64,000 nt of DNA. Origin: Octopus sinensis. Lineage: Eukaryota. Made by a program: the position numbers and the translations under genes. The stretch's first letter is position 1. Each line of letters starts with the position of its first letter. The notes below the pieces were generated by a model. The model ran no database searches. It saw nothing but the letters and a program-made list of their open reading frames with translations, and was not told the DNA's origin. The stretch is from positions 9,424,001-9,488,000 of the forward strand of contig NC_043007.1 of the NCBI RefSeq assembly GCF_006345805.1, read 5' to 3'. Below, in pieces: positions 52,845 to 64,000 of this stretch.

Positions 52845-53076
52845 CCACGGCGAGCTGGCAGACACGTTAGCACGCCGGGCGAAATGCGTTGCCGTATTTC
52901 GTCTGCCGTTACGTTCCGAGTTCAAATTCCGCCGAGGTCGACTTTGCCTTTCATCCTTCCGGGGTCGATAAATTAAGTACCAGTTACGCACTGGGGTCGA
53001 TGTAATCGACTTAATCCGTTTGTCTGTCCTTGTTTGTCTCCTCTGTGTTTAGCCCCTTGTGGGTAGTAAAGAAATA
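52845..53076 (+). mobile_element. SINE family B, full length, 11-bp TSD
   Basis: TSD tatattgattg at 52834-52844 and 53077-53087. Confidence 0.92.
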
Positions 53077-53999
53077 TATATTGATTGTCCACGTGTTCTT
53101 CTCCTATCTATTCTTGATATCCTATCTGTGCAAATATATTTTATTTTTAACCGTGTATTCAGTATTAAACTTGTAACGTGAAACTCCGACAAATTAAGCT
53201 TTTGTGGCCATCACCAACGCTTACATGAAGTTTAGCCATTTTTTCCACTGTTTCATAGTTTAACTAGGGAGTGGGCAATTCCCGGTAACCTGCATTTCAA
53301 CAAAGACCTGATTTGTTTTTGTGTAAGAGAACAAATCTTCTTCAAAGCGGAGAACGGTAACTGGACCGTAATATTTGTCTTCGGAGGAACTCCGCATAAG
53401 TTAGTCAGTGTAGTTGGTGTAAAAGCGGACGAGATATTGAGTCTAGAGCACCAAAATACAGATGCGAGTATTCAGAACACATAGGGCAAAATATATTGTT
53501 TGAACTCTGGTAAAATTCATTCAACACCCCGCTTTAGATTGTGACTATATTTTCCGGGTCAGAACGAAACTGAACACAGATCGCAGAGATCTCTGTTTAA
53601 ATTCTTCCGGGTCAGATTTGCAACGTTTTTCAAAACGGTCAAGTTTTGAACAGTAGCCTCGAATAGGTTGATAGAATGGACATAGATTTTGGCAAACAAA
53701 CCTAACCACTTTACACACACAAACGTCGACAATCATACACACAAACGCACACAAACTCACGTACGCATGGATATATATACATATACACGAGCGCGTAGAT
53801 TGACTAATGAACTGACGGCGGCGCTGCAAGCCAGAACATTCCACTCTATGGATCCTGCAAAATACTAAACGAATAAAAGAATAAGGAGAGGCAGAATGAC
53901 TAATTTATATCAAATCCTCCAATTTTCAGTACTGATAGATATTTGTCTGGATTCTACAAATAATTATAATCTATACGTATTTCAGATTTAATATTTTAG

Positions 54000-54790
54000 C
54001 AGAAGGCCAGGAAATTTGAGAGAACGGAATAAGTCGATTGCATTGGCTGTTTAAGTGGCAGTTACTTTATCGATCCCGAAGAAATAGAAGGTAAAGCCAC
54101 CTCAGCGGAGCTTGAATTCAGAACGCAAAGACTGAAGAAACGCCACTAAGAAATTTGCTCACCGTGCCAACGATTCTAGCATTTTGCTGATTTAGCTATC
54201 TATACGTAATATTCTCTTCTAGTCTAGGTACAAGGCTCAAAATTTTGGAGGAATGCAGCATTCGATTTGATCGACCCCAGTAGGCAAGATGTACTTAATT
54301 TATCGGTCCCGAAAGTATAAAAGGCAAAGTCGGCCTCGGCAGAATGTGAACTCAGAACATAAGACAGACGAAAAACCGTTAAGCTTTTCGCCCGGCGTGC
54401 TAACGATTCTTATTTCTTTATTGCCCACAATGGGGCTAAACACAGGGGGAACAAACAAGGACAGACAAAGCGATTAAGTCGATTACATCGACCCTAGTGT
54501 GTAACTGGTACTAAATTTATCGACCCCGAAAGGATGAAAGGCAAAGTCGACCTCGGCGGAATTTGAACCCAGAACGTAACGGCAGAGGAAATACGGCTAC
54601 GCAATTCGTCCGACGTGCTAACGTTTCTGCCAGCTCGCCGCCTTTTTCTTTTTAATACCCACAAGGGGTTCCACATAGAGGGGACAAATGCAAAGTCGAC
54701 CTCGGCGGAATTTGAACTCAGAACGTAGCGGCAGACGAAATACCGCTAAGCATTTCGCCCGGCTTGCTGTCGATTCTACCAGCTCACTGC
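54000..54790 (-). mobile_element. Cluster/multimer of four SINE family B units
   Basis: Repeated gtcgacctcggcggaatttgaac(t/c)cagaacgta segments, head to tail. Confidence 0.82.
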
Positions 54791-55225
54791 CTTTACCTAG
54801 ACGTAATATTGCTGAGTGGTTACACAAACCATATGGCCAGGCAAATACACTTCATCTAATAATCTTTTATTCTCCATTTTCTCATAGGAAGTTCCTTAAT
54901 TTTCTATTCCATTCTGACAATATTCCAATAATTGCCTTAATGGACATTGCTACTTGAATAAAAATACATGATGATATCGTATTTGTTTGGCACATTTTCC
55001 ATTTGTGCAGATATTTTTATATATCAAAAGTAAGCTATACGTTTCTTTTATGTTTCAGTTCTTAATTGCAGGTGGTCTTATACGTGGTTGAATTTATGCT
55101 TGAATACTATGACGCTGTCTCTTTCGTTCTCTCCCCACATTCTCTCTCTCTCTCTCACTCTCGCTCTCGCTCTCTCTCCCTCTCAACTTTTCAATTTATG
55201 TGTATTATTATTATATTTCTTATAT

Positions 55226-55263
<38 letters not shown>

Positions 55264-55286
55264 TTATATATGTATGTATGTATATA

Positions 55287-55325
<39 letters not shown>

Positions 55326-55333
55326 GTTTGCAT

Positions 55334-55408
<75 letters not shown>

Positions 55409-55431
55409 TATATGTATATATATACATACAT

Positions 55432-55640
55432 ATAGTTGGAATTTACAAAGCAATAAACAAAACAAAAGACAAAAACGTGTGTATAAACAACAAACATATG
55501 TATTAGTTTAACGCTCGGGAAGTGAGAAAGTCTTTTTACGTTTCGAGCTTACGCACATCGACAGAAAGGAAAACAGAAATAAAAAGACAGAGAAGAGTTT
55601 TAAAAAGGTTTAGTGGCTAGCGATCAATCATGGCTAATGC
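55432..55640 (-). mobile_element. Penelope-like terminal repeat with a hammerhead-like motif (copy 2)
   Basis: Minus strand cttt-CTGTCGA-T-GTGC-gtaa-GCTC-GAAA-CGT-A-aaaa; homologous to 37997-38215. Confidence 0.6.
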
Positions 55641-55672
55641 CGAACAGACGTGGTCAGACAGGAGATCTCTCC

Positions 55673-55742
<70 letters not shown>

Positions 55743-56164
55743 GTATTTATATATATAGACATACGTACATACATACTTACATATATACATACATATATGT
55801 GTATGTATATGTATAAGAAATATAATAATACTCATATAGATAGATAAATAGACAGATGATAGCTACGTACATGTGTATATATGTAAATTTATGTAACCAT
55901 AAATATGTATACATATATTATATATGTTTGCACATACACAAGAAGCGATATTGAAAAGTTGCTAAATTTAAAGGTATCGCGAAAGGTGTATGCTTAGAAG
56001 GCCAGAATTTCGAGGTCTTTTACAAGGCTTAGAAACACTGAAGGACAGACGTAATGAGAGTGGTAATCTGAGAGGGGAATATGTTGGAAGAAATCGTAAT
56101 TAACTGATCTTTCTGTATTTTTTACCCCAAACCAAGACCTTTTTAGCGGTCCCACGTATGTGTG

Positions 56165-56195
<31 letters not shown>

Positions 56196-56296
56196 ATATG
56201 TCTGTATGAATATATATACGCACACACACACATGCACACACACACGCATACACGCGCACGTACACACACGCACACACACTCACACACACACGAACA

Positions 56297-56327
<31 letters not shown>

Positions 56328-56429
56328 AAGGAAATTATGAGTATATAAAACATGAAGGCATACATGTAGATTTTGGAAATATTAGAAGCTGTAGATAATA
56401 AAGGGGAGTGTAATATTTATCATTGTTAG

Positions 56430-57140
56430 GGCAGCGAGCTGGCAGAATCGTGAGCACGCTGGGCGGAATGCTTAGCGGTATTTCATCTGCCTTTACGTTC
56501 TGAGTTCAAATTCCGCCGAGGTCGACTTTGCCTTTCATCCTTTCGGGGTCGATAAATTAAGTACCTGTTATTCACTGGGGTCGATATAATCGACACAATC
56601 CGTTTGTTTGTCCTTGTTTGTCCTCTCTGTGTTTAGCCCCTTCTGGGTAGTAAAGAAACAGGTATTTCGTCTGCTGTTACGTTCTGAGTTCAAATTCCAC
56701 CGAGGTCGACTTTGCCTGTCATCCTTTCGGGGTCGATTAAATAAGAACCAGTTATGCACAGGGGTCTATGTAATCGAATTAATCCCTTTGTCTGTCCTTG
56801 TTTGTCCTCTCTATGTTTAGGCCCTTGTGGGTAGTAAAGAAATAAATATTTGGTCTGTCGCTACGTTTTGAGATCGACTTTGCCTTTTATCCTTTCGCGG
56901 TCGATTAAATAAGTGCCCGTTACGCACCGGGGTCGATGTGATCGACTTAATCCCTTTGTATGCCCAGAAATAAAAATCTACCATTGTTTTCCCTGGAAAC
57001 ATGAACGTGAGTATCAAAGTCGACATCGGCAGAATGTGAACTCAGAACGTAAAGACAGACGAAAAACCGTTAAACATTTCGCCCGGCGTGTTAACGATTC
57101 TTATTTCTTTATTGCCCACAAGGGATCTAAACACAGAGGC
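56430..57140 (+). mobile_element. SINE family B trimer (+), followed by an inverted partial copy (57010-57140, -)
   Basis: Headed unit, then headless units joined at gtaaagaaa(c/t)a; then gtcgacatcggcagaatgtgaactcagaacg in reverse orientation. Confidence 0.85.
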
Positions 57141-57689
57141 AGAATGTGATATATATACGTCGAATATATACATTCAAATAGCAATAACAAGAAATTAAAA
57201 GACATAAGCATAGTCTCTGCAGCTCATTTCCATCACAACTTCAGTTAAATTCCTGGATGAATAATTCATAACTTATACACATATAAATACATACAATCAT
57301 GCATGCAGACATGTAACATACCTATTACACACACATACATATGCACATACGTATATATACAAAAATATATACATATATATTAATATATATGTGCATTTAT
57401 GCATGTACATGTAACATTTCCATAATATATATATATATGCATATATGTAAGCATACGTTTCACTGTATATATTAAATATTATAGTGTGTATGTTATATAT
57501 AATAATGTGTTATTGTATATTGTATTACATTATCCACGACTTGGTTTACCTTGAAGTAATTTGGATTTTGTAACTGTTCTCACGTGCAATAATTTCCTTC
57601 CCTTAAAAGCTACCAATTTCTTATTTTATTTTCCTTTCTAAATTCCATGTTTTCCATCCATTGTGTATTTTAATTTTCGGATTTGATAG

Positions 57690-58900
<1,211 letters not shown>

Positions 58901-59099
58901 TATACATATATTTACTTGCACACTAACAAACATGTATGTAGTAGGTAGTTATGTATGTATGTGCGTATGCATATTTGTATGTATCCATTTCGAAATGTCA
59001 TCAAGGTTTTATATTCCTTTACCAATAAAATATTAGGTTTTAGAAAGAAATGATGCCATAAGGATAGTGATATATAGTTTTCGAATTCTTATTACATTA

Positions 59100-59164
<65 letters not shown>

Positions 59165-59829
59165 TGGTATTATGTTTTCCTTAATACAAGTTGAAAAATA
59201 AAATAAGATAAAATTATATGAAATAAAATAAAATAGCGTGAACGTAATGCCATTAAATAAAAACTTCGTTCTTTATATGCTTTTCATTCTCTAAAACATC
59301 ACGTTGAAAATTAAAAGACGAACTGAGTGAGAAAGAGGTAGAGCGAAAAAAAGGGTGAAACGCAACGATCGTATGAGGGCTACGTGTGAGAGAAAAAGGA
59401 GAAAGAGCGAAAGACTGGGAGAGATACTAAATGCAATGTAAGAAAACAAGTAAAATAAAGCAAAATAATAAATATGGCTGTACAGCAGCCATTGAATAGA
59501 TTTGGAAATAAATCTGCTAAAACCCAACTAAGCAATCGTAGCGAGAGCTTTTAAATGTCTTTATGGAATATGTTCAATGCTTTCATTATTTATCTTATTG
59601 TTTATTTGTTCCTTTCAATGTTTCTTTCTTATTTTAATACAACTAAAAGGATTTTAACTCTATATGTATGTGTATATGGATACGTATATACACGTATAGA
59701 TACACACAACACACAGATATACAGATATATTACTGCACTTCTACACGTAAAAATATATCCACAAATATATTACACTCACATAAACACACATATGTTTATA
59801 TGTGTGTATAGATATACAATGTTATATAC

Positions 59830-60230
<401 letters not shown>

Positions 60231-60324
60231 ATATATTTCTGTGTTTGTATACTAAATCTTATAGTTTATCGGAAACAAGAATCCGGTCACCAACCAGACA
60301 GGAATGGATACTAAATTCTGATGA

Positions 60325-60409
60325 CTCTGCTACCGCTGCTGCTACTGCTGCCGCTGGTCGCGTTGCTACTGCTGCTGCTTCCGCTATTACTACTACTACT
60401 GCTTCTAAA

Positions 60410-60451
<42 letters not shown>

Positions 60452-60459
60452 GCTGCTGC

Positions 60460-60492
<33 letters not shown>

Positions 60493-60545
60493 TGCCGCTG
60501 CTGCTACTACTACAGCTGCTGCTGTTGATGCTGCTACTGCTATCA
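60325..60545. repeat. (CTA)n/(CTG)n trinucleotide mosaic
   Basis: Direct inspection. Confidence 0.9.
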
Positions 60546-61099
60546 GATACCGCTATTACTGATCAGAAGTATTCATAGAATGAAAGTTTGCATGAGTGCT
60601 TAACCTAGCTGCTAAACCTCCCTCAAATTACACACTGTCGTTTTGAAAATAATACATAGTTACGCTGATTAATACAGTCCCGAGTTACCTGCCCACAACA
60701 CCAAATACTTCCATCACTGTTTCTACTGACTTCTTTTACATCATAGGTGTTTTCCTGGTTAAGCATTTCTCTGAATCCAAAATAGAAGCCAGACCAAGAG
60801 CCATTAGAGCACTAATAAATTATTCAAGATAGTTTTGCGGTGCTAATTGTAGAGTACTAATACTGTACTTATAGCAATAATGCTATTATGTAGGGCTGTT
60901 TACACTAAACATTTTAACCAAAGAAAACCAAAAATAAATAAATAAATAAATAAATAAAAATCAGAAAAAAGCGAAAATGAAAGTAGAACCAAATCCACTT
61001 CTATGAACATTGCCATCGTCTCTATCGTTACCACCAGCAGCAACACCATGTCCTCGAACACTGATAACCAATACAAACGAGTGTAGTGATAGCACCTGC

Positions 61100-61689
61100 T
61101 TCTACTACTCAACAAGTCCACCACCACTTACACTACTATCACCACAACAATCATCACCATCTTCCCCCATCATCATCACCGCACTATCACCATCATCACA
61201 ACCATCACCACCGTCATCATCATCATCGTCATCATCACCACTACTATCGCCATCACCACCAGCACCGGCATCATCTTCAGGGCCGACACCATCACCACCG
61301 CCATCAAAACCAACATCACCATCATCCTCATCATCCGCCTCTTCCTCATCATCATCATTATCATCGTCATCCTCCTCCTCCTCATCATCATCATTGTCAT
61401 CATCATCATCATCATCGTCATCATCATCATCTTCACCACCACCATCACCACCATCACCATCGCCATTGTCACAACCACCGGCACCAAAACACCATCATCA
61501 TCATCATCCTCATCATTATCATCATATTCACCACCACCATCACCAACATCATTACAACCATCACCATCGCCATTGCCACAACCACCGGCACCACAACACC
61601 ATCACCACCGCCATCAAAACTAACATCACTATCATCACCATCATTATTATCATCATCATCATCATAATCATTATCATCATCATCATCAA

Positions 61690-61720
<31 letters not shown>

Positions 61721-61855
61721 GTCATCTTCACAACCACCATCACCACCACCACCAACATTATCTCAACCATCACCATCGCCATTGCCACAACCACCACCAT
61801 CACCACAACCACCGGCATCACAACACCATCACCACCACAAACTCCACCATCATAA
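61100..61855. repeat. (CAT)n/(CAC)n trinucleotide mosaic with higher-order internal repeats
   Basis: caccatcgccattg(t/c)cacaaccacc recurs at about 61455, 61562 and 61772. Confidence 0.9.
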
Positions 61856-62154
61856 TGCTCCACTACCAATTATTTTTCAGTATTCCCTGTACACAAATTG
61901 TCAATGAATCTCACAACGAAATATAACACCAATCACCCATCCTTTTATAATGGGATTTTTTTTTTTAGCATTGTTTATCTTCATTTTCTACTTCGCCATT
62001 TTCTTAAATTGAATTTCATAGGGTGGGACTGCAAAAAATTAGTTTTAATTCTAGACACATCATTTAATTCTGTTGCTTTCATTTAACATTCCTTCAGCTA
62101 AAACATAAATCATAGCTATCATAATTGTTGACGATTATGATGGAGGTGATGAAG

Positions 62155-62233
<79 letters not shown>

Positions 62234-62237
<4 letters not shown>

Positions 62238-62527
62238 TAGTTTATTTTTATAGCGTGCTTTCACTTCACTACCGAGCGCAGCTCTGTGTGCCTTGGGTAT
62301 GTGCTGTGATTTGTTGTGTGATGCTCTGATGGCTATTGTATGGAAAGTGTTCTGCGTAGGATGTGTGCAGTGCCTAGTAGTGCAATTTCTGTATGTTATA
62401 TGTGTTTGTAAGTCCTGGTGTGTTTTGTTATGTATTTGTCTGAATACTTTTTATCATGCCTAATCACCTACTATGATAGGAATTGTTTCTGTTTTCAGAT
62501 TCCCATTCTAGTTACATCTTGTTATTC
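62234..62527 (-). mobile_element. 5'-truncated R4/Dong-like LINE 3' end, flanked on both sides by (TAA)n
   Basis: Minus strand LKTETIPIIVG..LG..KKYSDKYITK..PGLTNTYNIQK.ALLGTAHILRRTLSIQ*; (TTA)n at 62157-62233 and 62528-62610. Confidence 0.88.
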
Positions 62528-62568
62528 TATTATTATTATTATATTATATTATTATTATTATATTATTA

Positions 62569-62606
<38 letters not shown>

Positions 62607-62833
62607 TATTAGAGTTTTGAGGTGATGGAATCAGTAGCACACTGGATGAAATACTAAACGGTGTTTCGCGCGTCGCTACGTTTTAAGTACAAATTTCCCC
62701 AATTACCCCAAGACACATGATGAAGACTAGAGGGTATATCACCCGAAACAGCATATGGGAACCAGTATTAAGGAAGAATAGGAGACTATTAGATTTGTAA
62801 GGCCTAAAATTCACTCTATAATCCCCACCCCCG

Positions 62834-62891
62834 GGCATTCGGCGTAGTGGTTAAAAGCGCGGGCTAATAACCCCAAGATTCCGAGTTCGAA
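62834..62891 (+). mobile_element. Truncated tRNA-like SINE head
   Basis: ggcgtagtggttaaaagcg (A box) ... gagttcgaat (B box), then (TAA)n. Confidence 0.55.
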
Positions 62892-62934
62892 TAATAATAA
62901 TAACAATTTTCGTTTTTTTTTTTAAGTCATTCAC

Positions 62935-63071
62935 TAGTACAATACTAAATACAAAACCAAATATATGGCACACTAGGTATAACAACAACATGAACTTCCA
63001 ACCTGTTGTCTCATGAGGTCTTGGGTGAGACTTGCACAACTTGCACAATTATAAAGCAAAAGTCAAATATA

Positions 63072-63072
<1 letters not shown>
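62935..63072 (+). mobile_element. Probable R4/Dong-like 3' UTR fragment ending in (TAA)n
   Basis: aacttccaacctgttgtctcatgaggtcttgggtgagacttg, then (TAA)n 63073-63143; no clear coding motif. Confidence 0.4.
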
Positions 63073-63145
<73 letters not shown>

Positions 63146-63154
63146 GCAGCATCA

Positions 63155-63330
63155 AAATAATACCTTAGGAATGAGAACGCAGGTTCAAAATTTCCCCAAG
63201 ACACCTGATGAAGTCTGGAGGGTATATCAGCCGAAACATTTTGTTAGCAACAAACAAGATGAGGACAAATATCCGTCAAATGTAAATAATGTACATAATC
63301 CATCATCTCTTAAATATAGAACTGTACCAT
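63155..63330 (+). mobile_element. Penelope-like repeat with a degenerate hammerhead motif (partial copies at 62695-62750 and 44655-44695)
   Basis: gacac-CTGATGA-A-gtctg-gagggtatat-cagcc-GAAA-CATT-ttgtt at 63200-63245. Confidence 0.55.
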
Positions 63331-63479
63331 TTGGTAAATATGTAACATCGTCTAGGGGTGGTGATAATTCTAACAAGTCAAGAATTTGTATTGTATGGCA
63401 TTTGATTTACTTGTATTTGTTTACAGATATAAGTCTACTGATTTTCATTAAGATGGTTAATTTACATAATTAAAATTTA

Positions 63480-63908
63480 TACTCTTTTACTCTTTTATTT
63501 GTTTTAGTCATTTGACCGCGGCTATGCTGGAACACCGCCTTTAGTCAAGCATATCAATCCCAGGACTTAATCGTTCTAAACCTAGTACTTATTCTATCGG
63601 AGTATGTTGCCGAACCGCTAAGATAAGGGGGCATAACCACACCAGTATCGGTTGTCAAGCGATGGTGGGGTCACAAACACAGACACACAAACATACATGC
63701 ACACACCCAAACACACACACGTAAACACACACACATACACACACACATATACGATGGTCTTCTTTCAGTTTCCGTCTACCAAATCCACTCACAAAGCTTT
63801 GTTCTGCCCGAGGCTATAATAGAATAAACTTGCCCAAGGTACCGCGCGATTGGATTGAACCCGGAGCCATGTGGTTGGTAAGCAAGCTACTTACCACAAA
63901 GCCACTCC
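63480..63908 (-). mobile_element. SINE family C, essentially full length
   Basis: Head (reverse complement) gtggtaagtagcttgcttaccaaccacatggctccgggttcaatcc; body (TG)n; tail cagcatagccgcggtcaaatgactaaaac. Confidence 0.88.
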
Positions 63909-64000
63909 ACAGAATAATTTAGTGAATATTTGTACGCTTTTGTGTTATACTATGTGATATTTTATTTCTGCTTTGTCTCCTAATCAGAAGAAAAATGCAA

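Noticed and set aside
53230-53700. Coding-looking block with 70-80 codon open stretches on both strands
   Set aside because: Stops in all frames over the block, no recognisable motif; repeated ttccgggtcaga suggests a transposon relic
61010-61855. 281-aa Ser/Pro/His-rich ORF and overlapping His-rich ORFs
   Set aside because: Translation of a CAT/CAC trinucleotide mosaic that is open in several frames; no splice or homology support

Overview
AT-rich, repeat-saturated eukaryotic non-coding DNA (large intron or intergenic). The SINE, LINE and microsatellite content resembles an Octopus/coleoid genome; this is an inference from recalled repeat families, not verified. No host protein-coding gene, tRNA, rRNA or CRISPR could be supported, and nearly all listed ORFs are translations of microsatellites or SINEs. 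Recognisable content: two decayed mariner transposons with TIRs; a Tc1/mariner-type MITE with TA TSDs; two non-autonomous Helitrons in inverted orientation; a 283-bp foldback element; six R4/Dong-like LINE fragments, five of them abutting (TAA)n; CR1/L2-like, RTE and Tx1-like LINE 3' fragments; a Penelope GIY-YIG remnant; three abundant tRNA-derived SINE families (called A, B, C here), including nested insertions and multimers; and a near-perfect 24-bp minisatellite. The most notable signals are: (i) a type I hammerhead ribozyme motif with a fully intact catalytic core on the minus strand at 18426-18486, plus two families of degenerate hammerhead-like repeats, one with a shared CUGUCGA core variant; (ii) several perfect palindromes that look like template-switch products, including a 114-bp one folded at a (TA)n tract; (iii) a textbook polypyrimidine-CAG|GTAAGT site that is either a recursive splice site or the end of a signal-peptide exon.
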